Shown here: piece after piece, positions 15,077-23,654 of the stretch
Position numbering within the stretch: the stretch's first letter is position 1
How the letters are laid out: each line of letters starts with the position of its first letter
IMG/VR virus record: IMGVR_UViG_3300012940_000076
Coordinates: 1 to 31,191 of that record
DNA length: 31,191 nt
Origin: a virus
Lineage: Duplodnaviria; Caudoviricetes
Direction: 5' to 3' (one strand)
Program-made: the position numbers and the translations under genes
The notes under the pieces: model-generated
What the model was told of the DNA's origin: nothing
Seen by the model: the letters and a program-made list of their open reading frames with translations, nothing else
Database searches by the model: none

Positions 15077-16831
15077 ATGGACTTCACCCAGGATCTCAGC
15101 AACTTCACCGTTGCTGGCATCACTGAGCTGCGCAACGCCGCCGTCCGGCACCTCGCAAGCCTGCGGGCCTCCGTCGAGAACCCGGAGACTGTCTCCGACG
15201 ACCTCCTCGCCGAGATGGAGGAGGCCAAGGAGTTCATCGTCCGGGCCGACGAGGAGATCGCCCAGCGGACCGAGAAGGTCAACAAGCTCGCCGCGTTCGA
15301 GGGCATCGAGGAGCTTTCGGTCGAGACCGCCGCCACCGAGTCGACCACCACCACCGAGGTTGTGGAGGGTGAGGTGGTTGAGGGCACCGACAAGGCTGCC
15401 GTCGTCGCCTCCACCGTCGAGCCGGGCACCCAGGTCGTCTCCGCCGAGGTCTCCAAGGGCGGTGAGGGAATGCGGCGCTCCGTCCAGGTCGCCGACGTTG
15501 CCGGCAGCACCGACCCGAACGAGTTCCCGGAGGAGAAGACCTTCACCATCCGGGCGGCTGCGGACCTGCCGACCTTCACCTCCGGCCAGGAGCTGGAGTG
15601 GGATGAGCTGGGCAAGGCCTTCGAGGCGCGTGCCCGCACCTACGGCAGCGGCCCCCGCCAGGTCGGCGGGCGCGGCGGCCGGCTCCAGCACGGCTTCGCC
15701 CTCATCGAGCGGCAGTTCCCCGAGGAGCAGCAGCTCCTTGACAACGACGGCGAGATGAGCCTCTACACGAAGCTCACCGACCTCCAGAAGAAGGCGGCCA
15801 ACGAGGTCACCCAGCACAACGCCCTCGTCGCGGCGGCCGGCTGGTGTGCCCCGTCCGAGACGGTGTACTCCACCGTCAACCCGGTCACCACCGAGGGCCT
15901 GTTCAACCTCCCCGAGGTTGTGGCCCGCCGGGGCGGCATCCGGCACAACCAGGGCATCGACTGGTCGAAGTTCTTCGGCGGCACCTACCCGGCGCTGGAC
16001 ACCAACGTCCCGGGTATGACCCTGCTGACCGAGGCGCAGGTCATCGCCGACACCGCCAAGACGTGCCTGGAGATCGACTGCCCGCCGTTCATCGATGAGC
16101 GGCTGAACGTCGCGGCGCTGTGCCTCACCGGCTCGCTGCTCCAGAACCGGGGCTACCCGGAGTACGTCGCCGAGTTCACCCGGGGCTCCCTGGCCGCGTT
16201 CCAGCACCTCGTGAACCGGGAGATCATCGACATCGTTGAGGACGGCTCCACCGCCGTCGCTCTCACCCTGACCGAGGCGACCACTGCCCCGGCCCTGTCC
16301 ACCCTGATGACGGCGGTCGAGTTCGCGGCCACCGACATCCGGTACCGGCTGCGCTCCGGCAACGCCCCGATCGAGGTCACCCTGCCGGACTGGGTTCGGC
16401 TGGTCCTGCGCGCCGACTACATGCGGCGCAACGCGGCGGCCAACGATGACCTGGCCGACGCGGCGATCAACGAGATGTTCGCCCGGCGCAACGTGCGGGT
16501 CCAGTACGTCATGGACTGGCAGGACGCCTTCTCCGGCGTCGCGGGCGGCTTCGGTGCCCTCACCGCGCCGACGGACATCCCGAACACCACGGTCAAGTTC
16601 CTCGCCTACCCGGCGGGCACCTGGCTCCTGGCCCGCCAGGACGTGATCCGGCTCGACACCGTGTACGACTCGGTGAACCTCCAGCAGAACCAGGTCACCC
16701 AGTTGTTCATGGAGGACGGCTACCTGCCGATGCGGATGGGCCCGCTGTCGCGGGTCTACTCGACCCCGATCTGCGCGAACGGTGTCACCGCCTCGACCGC
16801 CGTCATCCAGGACTGCGCGGTCACCCCGTAA
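15077..16831 (+). CDS. Major capsid protein (hexamer-type) with N-terminal scaffold-like extension
   Basis: 584 aa; acidic coiled-coil N-terminus; ALVAAAGWCAPSET, LPEV..RGGI, KTCLEIDCP, LDTVYDS, FMEDG resemble cluster-B-like capsids; very high GC3. Confidence 0.88.
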   Translation: MDFTQDLSNFTVAGITELRNAAVRHLASLRASVENPETVSDDLLAEMEEAKEFIVRADEEIAQRTEKVNKLAAFEGIEELSVETAATESTTTTEVVEGEVVEGTDKAAVVASTVEPGTQVVSAEVSKGGEGMRRSVQVADVAGSTDPNEFPEEKTFTIRAAADLPTFTSGQELEWDELGKAFEARARTYGSGPRQVGGRGGRLQHGFALIERQFPEEQQLLDNDGEMSLYTKLTDLQKKAANEVTQHNALVAAAGWCAPSETVYSTVNPVTTEGLFNLPEVVARRGGIRHNQGIDWSKFFGGTYPALDTNVPGMTLLTEAQVIADTAKTCLEIDCPPFIDERLNVAALCLTGSLLQNRGYPEYVAEFTRGSLAAFQHLVNREIIDIVEDGSTAVALTLTEATTAPALSTLMTAVEFAATDIRYRLRSGNAPIEVTLPDWVRLVLRADYMRRNAAANDDLADAAINEMFARRNVRVQYVMDWQDAFSGVAGGFGALTAPTDIPNTTVKFLAYPAGTWLLARQDVIRLDTVYDSVNLQQNQVTQLFMEDGYLPMRMGPLSRVYSTPICANGVTASTAVIQDCAVTP

Positions 16832-16843
16832 CCCCTTCCTGAT

Positions 16844-16873
16844 CAGGGCCCGGTTCTTCGGAGCCGGGCCCTG
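16844..16873 (+). terminator. Stable C(UUCG)G hairpin after the capsid gene (partial terminator or mRNA stabiliser)
   Basis: 13-bp stem CAGGGCCCGGTTC/GAGCCGGGCCCTG with TTCG loop and no U tract. Confidence 0.7.
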
Positions 16874-16906
16874 GTCCAGGACCACTAGTCCAAGGAAGGA
16901 GGAGAC

Positions 16907-17731
16907 ATGGCGGTCCTCGCTAACACCCGGCTGTACGTGCCACGCCCGGGGGCGCTGGTCAACCGGTACGGCCTGTTCGACGTGGCTAACGGCCCGCTCG
17001 ATCTGGTTCCTCACGCCCGCTCCGGTGGCCTGGAGTACCAGAGCGCGGTGTGCGCGCTGCCGACCGGCTACGAGATTGAGTGCCCGGCCCCGGCGGAGGC
17101 GAAGTCGTTCACGTCCGGCGGGGCGTCGCTGATCACGGCGGACCCGTTCGTGGTCCGCTCCGATCTGGAGTGTGCCCCGGTCGGCCTGGACGACGCGCAG
17201 CTTCGCCAATGGCTGCTGGAACGGTTGCGGGCCGGCGAGCAGGCCACGGTGGAGCGGATCTTCTCGGAGGGCACCTTCGGGGCCAACCCGAGCCTCCAGG
17301 GGGCCACCGACCTGGGCACGGCGGTGTCCGTGGCGCAGGCCATCGGTGACCTGGAGGCGTGGCTGTACGCCCGGTACGGGCTGCCGGGGGTCCTGCACGT
17401 CCCGGCGACCGCTGCCGCGCACTTCGTCAACGGTGGCGGCCTGGTCCGGGATGGCCGGCTGTGGAAGACCGCCATGGGTACGGCGATCAGCTTCGGCAAC
17501 TACGCCAACACCAGCCCGGCCGGTGTGGCGGCAGCGGCTGGTCACGCCTGGGTCTACATCACCGGCCAGGTGACGGTGTGGCGGGCCCCCGACTCGGACG
17601 TGTTCACCACGCCCCTGCCGGCGGCCCTGGATCGCACCACCAATCAGGTCTACGGCCAGGCGGAGCGGGAGTACGCGGTGTCGTACGAGTGCTTCGCGGC
17701 GGCCATCGACGCAACCCTGTTCACCCTGTAA
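16907..17731 (+). CDS. Putative major capsid pentamer protein
   Basis: 274 aa directly after the hexamer-type capsid; RYGLF, DPFVV...C, GVLH, AEREYAV; SD AGGAGG. Matches the Rosebush-type two-protein arrangement as recalled. Confidence 0.7.
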   Translation: MAVLANTRLYVPRPGALVNRYGLFDVANGPLDLVPHARSGGLEYQSAVCALPTGYEIECPAPAEAKSFTSGGASLITADPFVVRSDLECAPVGLDDAQLRQWLLERLRAGEQATVERIFSEGTFGANPSLQGATDLGTAVSVAQAIGDLEAWLYARYGLPGVLHVPATAAAHFVNGGGLVRDGRLWKTAMGTAISFGNYANTSPAGVAAAAGHAWVYITGQVTVWRAPDSDVFTTPLPAALDRTTNQVYGQAEREYAVSYECFAAAIDATLFTL

Positions 17732-17742
17732 GGAGGCGAGAC

Positions 17743-18018
17743 ATGGACGAGGGCTACGCGCTGGTCGTGCCGAAGCCCGGCAAGGAGAAGGAAACCATCC
17801 GCCTCCTGCTGGATCTGGCCGAGAAGGCGCGGCACGTCAAGACGAACACCGACGGTAGCGGCATCGCGTTCGTCGTGCCGGAATACCTGCACAAGAAGTA
17901 CATCCAGTCCGGCGAAACGGAGATCACCGGCCAGCGCCGTCGGGGCCGTCCGCCGGGTTCGGGTCGCAAGCCCGCACCGGTTCCGTTCGGTGAGGCCGCT
18001 TCCGAGAGCGAGGACTGA
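17743..18018 (+). CDS. Hypothetical virion-module protein with AT-hook-like motif
   Basis: Start revised to ATG 17743 (SD AAGGAGG); 91 aa containing RRRGRPPGSGRK. Confidence 0.75.
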   Translation: MDEGYALVVPKPGKEKETIRLLLDLAEKARHVKTNTDGSGIAFVVPEYLHKKYIQSGETEITGQRRRGRPPGSGRKPAPVPFGEAASESED

Positions 18019-18020
18019 TC

Positions 18021-18941
18021 ATGACCTCCACCTGCTACTCCCTGCTGCGGGTGCCGGCGGTCCGGGTGACCCGGCTCGACGCCTGCGGCAACGTCGTTCC
18101 CGGTAACAACTCCGTGGCCTCCAACGGCATCATCACCATCGAGCAGACGGTCGAGCAGGAGGACCGGCAGGACTTCTTCACCCTGAACGCCGACGGTCAG
18201 CCGTGCGTTCGGGACACGTCCCCGCCGATCCTCAAGTGGATCAACGTGACGATCACGTTCTGCAACGTGGATCCGGAGCTATACAACATCATGACCGCCG
18301 AGCCGCTGGTCCTCGATGACGCGGACACTCCCCGCGCCGTCGGTTTCCGGACCCGCGAGGGATCGGTCAACAACTCCAACTTCGCCTTCGAGTCGTGGCA
18401 GCGGGTCAGCGGCGACGACGCCTGCGACGGCGGCGTGAACTACGGGTACTTCCTGCTCCCGTGGGTGAAGGAGGGCGTCGTCGGTGACGTGACCCAGGAG
18501 AACGCCCTGGCGAACTTCACCGTCACCGGCCGCACCTCGTTCGGCAGCCCGTGGGGTGTCGGCCCGTACAACATCCGCCTCATCGAGTCGGGTGCCAACG
18601 CGGGCCAGCCGGCCCCGCTGCTGACCCCGATCACGTCGAAGGACCACCGGCACATGCAGCTCACCACTCTCGCGCCACCGGAGCCGACCTGCGGTGCCAC
18701 GTCGGTGAGCGGCGAGCTGGAAGTGACCAGCACCGGCTCCCTCGGGGCTTCCCTCACCCTCCCGGCGGGCCTGGCCCTGCCGGCGATGGTGAACTGGGGT
18801 GATTCGGAGGTGTCCGCCGTTCCGGTGGGCACGGTGGGCCCGCTGGTTCACACCTACGACAGTGCGGGCACGTACACGGTGACGGCGTTCTCCACCACCG
18901 TGTCGGGTCCGATCTGGACCGGCGAGGTCACCGTCGCCTGA
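18021..18941 (+). CDS. Major tail protein with C-terminal PKD/Ig-like domain
   Basis: VRVTRLDACG, FCNVDP, YGYFLLPW, WGVGPY; C-terminal VNWGD...HTYDSAGTYTVT PKD signature. Confidence 0.82.
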   Translation: MTSTCYSLLRVPAVRVTRLDACGNVVPGNNSVASNGIITIEQTVEQEDRQDFFTLNADGQPCVRDTSPPILKWINVTITFCNVDPELYNIMTAEPLVLDDADTPRAVGFRTREGSVNNSNFAFESWQRVSGDDACDGGVNYGYFLLPWVKEGVVGDVTQENALANFTVTGRTSFGSPWGVGPYNIRLIESGANAGQPAPLLTPITSKDHRHMQLTTLAPPEPTCGATSVSGELEVTSTGSLGASLTLPAGLALPAMVNWGDSEVSAVPVGTVGPLVHTYDSAGTYTVTAFSTTVSGPIWTGEVTVA

Positions 18942-18949
18942 TAGGCCGC

Positions 18950-18985
18950 CGGGCCGGCGGTGTCCCCGTTCCCGCTGCCGGCCCG
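18950..18985 (+). terminator. GC-rich hairpin after the major tail gene
   Basis: CGGGCCGGCGG/CTGCCGGCCCG 11-bp stem with one wobble and no U tract. Confidence 0.55.
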
Positions 18986-19006
18986 GCCCGACCGTTGGGG
19001 GCCCTG

Positions 19007-19960
19007 ATGGCGTACCCGGACTCTTTGACCACCATCACGCTGACCGGCCGGTTTGTTGACGGTGACACCGGCCTGCCGGCCGAGGGCACCATCACGTTCG
19101 TCAGTAGCTACCTGTTGCAGGGGCCCACCGACGACGCATTCGTTACCCCCGTGAATAAGACGATGCGGCTGATTGACGGCGCATTCAGCGTGGTGCTGCC
19201 GGCCACGGATGACCCGGATTGGACGCCGCAGGGCTTCACCTACCGGGTGGTGCTCAACACCGACTGCGAGTCCCAGTCGTGGATCATCAGTCTGCCGGTG
19301 TCGCTGGCCCCGACGGTGGACCTGGCGGACATCGCGCCCGTCTCGACCGCACCGCCGGTAACCATGTACGTGCTCGCGTCCCGGGTGGGCACCGTGGGTG
19401 GCCCGGCGGGTCCGCTGGACGCCAACGGGAAGATCCCGATCTCCCAGATCCCTGGCGGCGGCGGTGAGGGCGGTGCCGTCGATTCGGTCAACGGGCAGAC
19501 CGGCATCGTCATCCTCGACGCCCAGGACGTGGGCGCGGAACCCACCATCGCCGCCGGCACCACCGCCCAGTACTGGCGCGGCGACAAGACGTTCCAGACG
19601 CTGAACAAGGCGGCGGTGGGACTGAGCAACGTCGACAACACCTCCGACGCCAACAAGCCGATCTCCACCGCGACGCAGGCGGCCCTCAACACCAAGGCCC
19701 CGATCAACAACCCCACCTTCACCGGCACTGTTTCCGGCATCACCAAGGCCATGGTCGGTCTGGGGAACGTCGATAACACCTCCGACGCCAACAAGCCGGT
19801 GTCCACGGCCACCCAAACGGCTCTCAACGGCAAGGCCCCCGTCGGGAAGCTGCACAACGGCACCGCCTACGTGGACAGCGCCAACGTCGTCCTGTACGTC
19901 GGCCCGGTCGACCCGGGCGCGGTCCCCGACGGGGCCGTCTGGATCGACACGAGCGCCTGA
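19007..19960 (+). CDS. Fibre-like structural protein
   Basis: N-terminal baseplate-upper-like domain, LDANGKIP, VDSVNGQTG and two VGLxNVDNTSDANKPxSTATQ repeats; ATG 19007 preferred over TTG 18995. Confidence 0.75.
   Translation: MAYPDSLTTITLTGRFVDGDTGLPAEGTITFVSSYLLQGPTDDAFVTPVNKTMRLIDGAFSVVLPATDDPDWTPQGFTYRVVLNTDCESQSWIISLPVSLAPTVDLADIAPVSTAPPVTMYVLASRVGTVGGPAGPLDANGKIPISQIPGGGGEGGAVDSVNGQTGIVILDAQDVGAEPTIAAGTTAQYWRGDKTFQTLNKAAVGLSNVDNTSDANKPISTATQAALNTKAPINNPTFTGTVSGITKAMVGLGNVDNTSDANKPVSTATQTALNGKAPVGKLHNGTAYVDSANVVLYVGPVDPGAVPDGAVWIDTSA
19607..19839 (+). repeat. Imperfect internal duplication (~95 bp, 138-bp offset)
   Basis: 19607-19701 versus 19745-19839, sharing AACACCTCCGACGCCAACAAGCCG. 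Confidence 0.8.
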
Positions 19961-20568
19961 TGGCTACCGTCAAGGCCCGTGTCGGCGGTGCGTGGGTGGA
20001 GGTTCCGATCAATGGGGCTGTCCGCTTCGGCGGCGTCTACCTGCCATTCGGCTCCACGCCCCCACCGACCGGCCAATCCCTGTTCACCGATGCGGACCTG
20101 GCCGGGGCGAACACCGACTTCCTGGACTCTGGTGGCGGCCCGCTGACCCTGGGAACGGTGCTGCGTCCGAGCGTGCCAGGCCAGGTGACGAAGGGTCGGT
20201 GGCGGTTCCCGGACACCGACACCGGGTCGTCGGTGAAGTTCGTGCTGTACGACTACGCCACCGAGGCGCGGCTGGCCGAGGCCACCTTCGTCGCCCCGAC
20301 GTGGGGGGCGTGGAACGAGGTGGACCTGCCGGTGCCGGCGAGCCTGGTGGCGACCCAGGATGTCGTGGCGTGCGTGTACCAGTCAACGGCGAACCCGCGC
20401 TACATCACCGACCCGGGCTTCTTCACCGCCGGCAAGGTCAGCGGGGTGCTGTCAGCTCCAGCGTCGTCGGAGATCCCCAACGGCCGGTTCACGATGTCCG
20501 ACACGTTCCCGACGGGATCTTTCGGATCGACCTGCTACTTCCCTGACATAGTGTTCATTCCGGACTGA
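19960..20568 (+). CDS. DUF4082-like domain protein (putative fibre tip/glycan binding)
   Basis: LTLGTV..SVPGQVTKGRW, WNEVDL..P, NGRF...FPT, YFPDIVF; TGATG coupling. Confidence 0.7.
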   Translation: MATVKARVGGAWVEVPINGAVRFGGVYLPFGSTPPPTGQSLFTDADLAGANTDFLDSGGGPLTLGTVLRPSVPGQVTKGRWRFPDTDTGSSVKFVLYDYATEARLAEATFVAPTWGAWNEVDLPVPASLVATQDVVACVYQSTANPRYITDPGFFTAGKVSGVLSAPASSEIPNGRFTMSDTFPTGSFGSTCYFPDIVFIPD

Positions 20569-20584
20569 TCGTAAGGAGGCGACG

Positions 20585-21349
20585 GTGGACGGACCCTGCG
20601 CGTGGGTGCTCGCGCCTACCTGTGAGGTGTGGGCGGAGCTGAGCCCCGAGGATCAGTCCCGGGCCACGAACTACGCGACGACGGTGCTGTGGGCGGCCAC
20701 CGGCCGCCGGTACGGCCTGTGTGAGCTGACTGTGCGCCCCTGCGGCCGGCGCACCGACCACTCGTCGCTGTGGGGCTACGTGTGGGACACGGCCGCCGCC
20801 GGCTGGTACCCGTACCTGGACGCCACCGGCACCTGGCGTAACTGCTCCTGCGGTCTGGGCGGGTGCGCCTGCGGGCCCCGCTGCGAGGTGTGGCTGCCCG
20901 GGCCGGTGCACGAGGTCAAGGAGGTCATTCAGGATGGCCTCGTCGTGGACCCCAGCGCGTACCGGGTGGACGACGGACGCTGGCTGGTCCGCATCGACGG
21001 TGGGTGCTGGCCGGAGCACGCGGACCTGTCCACCGACACTGACCGGTTCCAGGTCACCTACGTGCGGGGCACCAAGCCCCCAGCCGTGTTGATCAACGCT
21101 GCTGAGGTGCTGGCCTGCGAGTTCGCCAAGTCGATCCGCAACCAGGAGTGCCGGCTTCCCGCCCGGATGTCGTCACTGACCCGGCAGGGGGTGACGATGA
21201 CGGCGCTGGACACCGACTCGCTGACCCGGCGCAACTTCACCGGCATCCCCGAAGTGGATCAGGTGATCTTCGCCCTCAACCCGTACGGGCTGTTCGCCCG
21301 CCCCCGGGTGATGACCCCGGACATGCCGCCCCCACGAATCCGGAGGTAA
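20585..21349 (+). CDS. Head-to-tail adaptor
   Basis: VLWAATGRRYGLC..TVRPC, Cys cluster, LACEFAK..CRLP, RQGV, TGIPEVD; SD AAGGAGG. Confidence 0.75.
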   Translation: MDGPCAWVLAPTCEVWAELSPEDQSRATNYATTVLWAATGRRYGLCELTVRPCGRRTDHSSLWGYVWDTAAAGWYPYLDATGTWRNCSCGLGGCACGPRCEVWLPGPVHEVKEVIQDGLVVDPSAYRVDDGRWLVRIDGGCWPEHADLSTDTDRFQVTYVRGTKPPAVLINAAEVLACEFAKSIRNQECRLPARMSSLTRQGVTMTALDTDSLTRRNFTGIPEVDQVIFALNPYGLFARPRVMTPDMPPPRIRR

Positions 21350-21352
21350 TGG

Positions 21353-21862
21353 ATGCCGCCACTGCGAACGCCGGACCTGGATCTGGCGAACACTTTGCTG
21401 TCGTGCCTGAACGGGGCGCTGGAGGACCACCCGAACAAGCCGGTCCGTTCGTGCCTGCGCGTCGGTGAGGAGGTCGCCCAGGGCCTGTCACTGACCGAGG
21501 ATGAATGCTGCGATGGCCTGGCCTACGTCAAGGTCAACCAGGTGTTTCCGTCCTCGAACTTCCCCAACCCCGACGAGGTGGCGCTGAACTGCCCGCCGAC
21601 CGAATGGGCGGTGGACCTGGAGGTGGGCATCTTCCGCTGCGCCCCGACTGGGGATATGGGCCAGTTGCCCACCTGTGAGCAGTGGGACGGCGCGGCCACA
21701 ACTGTGGCTCTGGACGCGGCGGCCATGAGGCGGGCGGTGGCCTGCTTTCGCCGCGAGCTGGAGCCGGGTGCTTACGCAATGGTTCGTCAGTGGCTACCGA
21801 TCGGCCCCCAGGGGGCCTGTACCGGTGGCACGATGGTTGTCACTGTCTCTTTCTCCTGCTAG
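21353..21862 (+). CDS. Neck/tail-terminator-like protein
   Basis: Position after the adaptor; Cys-rich, VGIFRC, GPQGACTG; SD GGAGG. Confidence 0.6.
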   Translation: MPPLRTPDLDLANTLLSCLNGALEDHPNKPVRSCLRVGEEVAQGLSLTEDECCDGLAYVKVNQVFPSSNFPNPDEVALNCPPTEWAVDLEVGIFRCAPTGDMGQLPTCEQWDGAATTVALDAAAMRRAVACFRRELEPGAYAMVRQWLPIGPQGACTGGTMVVTVSFSC

Positions 21863-21871
21863 GCACAGGGT

Positions 21872-22306
21872 ATGAGCGATAACGAACCGATCCAGGCGCA
21901 GGCAACACGGTCGTTCGGCGACTACGTTCAGGGCGCGTGGTACGCCATCGACCCAAACGACGGGCAGCTTATGGCCCTGCTGGGTGCCGGCTACTTCGAC
22001 ACGAAGGGCAATGACAACCTGACTCGGGAGCGGTTCACGTACCGCGCCGGGGAGGTTGTGACTGCCGCGAATGCGGGTATTCGTGGGACTATGGCTACCC
22101 AGGAGACTGTGAACCCCGAGGACGGCTACCAGCCGTCGAACGATGTCGAGGTCCCGGCGAAGGCGACCGGGGCGCAGCGGGCAACGACCGCTGACGAGAA
22201 CGAGGCGACCGATGGCACGGTGGGAACCGAACCGCAGCGCGATTCAGCGCGCGGCCAGCGTTCCCGCACGACGGCTCGTAAGTCAAGCGACACGCGAGAC
22301 AGCTAA
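21872..22306 (+). CDS. Hypothetical protein, 144 aa, disordered charged C-terminus
   Basis: Fills the gap; TAGGCA-N6-ATG upstream; 3' end overlaps the next gene by 95 nt. Confidence 0.65.
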   Translation: MSDNEPIQAQATRSFGDYVQGAWYAIDPNDGQLMALLGAGYFDTKGNDNLTRERFTYRAGEVVTAANAGIRGTMATQETVNPEDGYQPSNDVEVPAKATGAQRATTADENEATDGTVGTEPQRDSARGQRSRTTARKSSDTRDS

Positions 22307-22655
22307 CATCGCCAAGGCCCGTGCCCCCCGCAAGACGGGCCGACTTGCCAATTCCATCGGCACTTCCATTCGCATGGCCCCGGATCGTGTTCGGGGCCAA
22401 TGCGGTACTCGGGTCCGGTACGGGAAGATCATCCACGACGGGGCGCGGGCTCACCGGATCACGCCACGCCGCCCTGACGGCACGTTGCGGTTCTTTTGGG
22501 AACGCACCGGCCGGGTCGAATACTTCAAGGCAGTCAACCATCCCGGCGTCGGGGCGACCCCGTTCCTGACCTCCGCAATGGTCGACGCCTGCCGGCCGTT
22601 GGGATTCATCACCGTGCTGGAAGTCGATCCTTCCCGTGTGGAGGATTTTCTGTAG
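22212..22655 (+). CDS. HK97 gp10-like tail completion protein
   Basis: Start revised to ATG 22212 (SD GAGG); AP.KTGRLANSI, YGKIIHDG, VNHPG...PFL. Confidence 0.78.
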   Translation: MARWEPNRSAIQRAASVPARRLVSQATRETANIAKARAPRKTGRLANSIGTSIRMAPDRVRGQCGTRVRYGKIIHDGARAHRITPRRPDGTLRFFWERTGRVEYFKAVNHPGVGATPFLTSAMVDACRPLGFITVLEVDPSRVEDFL

Positions 22656-22664
22656 GCTAGCCTC

Positions 22665-23051
22665 ATGACATCCGAGGCCACCGCAGCCGTTTCTACGACC
22701 CCCGAGGACACGAAGCCTGCCCCGTGGGCGACGCATGAAATCGCAGGTCGCACCATCACGTTCGTCGCGCCGACGCCGGAACAGCTCATGGTGCTGCGGC
22801 GGCTGTCCCGCCAGCTTGACGACGAGACGAACGTCAAGGGCCAACTGATCACCCTGGCGAAGGTGCTCGACGCGGTGTCCGCCTGTATCGCCACCGACGA
22901 CGACCGGGACTTCGTGGACCAGTTGGTGTTGGACCGCAAGGCCGGCGTGGATGAGCTGGCCCCGCTGATCGTCAAGGCACTGCGCGGCCCCAACGCGGAC
23001 AAGGCTACGGCCCCGAAGAACGGCCCCGCCCGGCGTGTCCGGCGTCGTTGA
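22665..23051 (+). CDS. Putative tail assembly chaperone
   Basis: Two genes upstream of the tape measure; helical and acidic; TAGGCT-N6-ATG. Confidence 0.6.
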   Translation: MTSEATAAVSTTPEDTKPAPWATHEIAGRTITFVAPTPEQLMVLRRLSRQLDDETNVKGQLITLAKVLDAVSACIATDDDRDFVDQLVLDRKAGVDELAPLIVKALRGPNADKATAPKNGPARRVRRR

Positions 23052-23583
23052 TCCCCTCGCCTCCATCCGGGCCTGGACTCTTGAGGTAGAGATCGCGGGT
23101 CGGGAGTACACGATCGCGCCCCGACTGGCCGGGGAGTGGTTGGCGATCCTGCTGGACGAGGTGTTCGACGCCTCGCTGGTGTTGCCGGGGATGCTGTCGG
23201 ACGAGGATGCCGAGGAGCTGGAAGAGGCGTTGCTGGACCGGCGGGTGTCCAGCTCCGAGGTGACCGACGCGGCCCTGGATGTGGTGGCGATGGCGGCGGG
23301 GCGTCCCTGGTGGTGGACGCTGCGGCTGTCCTCGGTTCTCTCGGCCCACTGGCTGACGGTGTACGGCCACCTCACCTCGCAGGGTCTGGACATCAACCGA
23401 ATGACCCTGGGGTCGTTCCTGGATGCCGCCTACTACGTGTGCCTGACGATGTTCTTTACGAAGCCGGAACAGCGCCTCCAATTCAACCGGGACTTGGAGA
23501 CGCCGCCGGTGGGTCAAAAGGTGGAATTGAACGAGGAGCAGGAGGCGGCGAACTTCCTGGCCCTGATGAATAGCAACCGTTAG
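23035..23583 (+). CDS. Putative tail assembly chaperone (second ORF)
   Basis: Directly upstream of the tape measure; AAGRPWW motif; GTG start with weak SD and 17-nt overlap. Confidence 0.6.
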   Translation: MSGVVDPLASIRAWTLEVEIAGREYTIAPRLAGEWLAILLDEVFDASLVLPGMLSDEDAEELEEALLDRRVSSSEVTDAALDVVAMAAGRPWWWTLRLSSVLSAHWLTVYGHLTSQGLDINRMTLGSFLDAAYYVCLTMFFTKPEQRLQFNRDLETPPVGQKVELNEEQEAANFLALMNSNR

Positions 23584-23654
23584 TCAATTCGGACATCGTT
23601 TCCGCAATTGTTGCTTTGTGGCTAAACGGCCCCCCGGCTAATACGATGTAGGCC

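Noticed and set aside
15002-17545. 847-aa minus-strand ORF, and similar ones at 10771..12273, 8062..9135, 22095..23396 and 27616..28749
   Set aside because: Antisense shadows expected from high GC3; no motifs or RBS.
19607-19839. Diversity-generating retroelement TR/VR pair
   Set aside because: Both copies are in frame in one gene, differences are mostly synonymous and not adenine-specific, and no reverse transcriptase is in the window.
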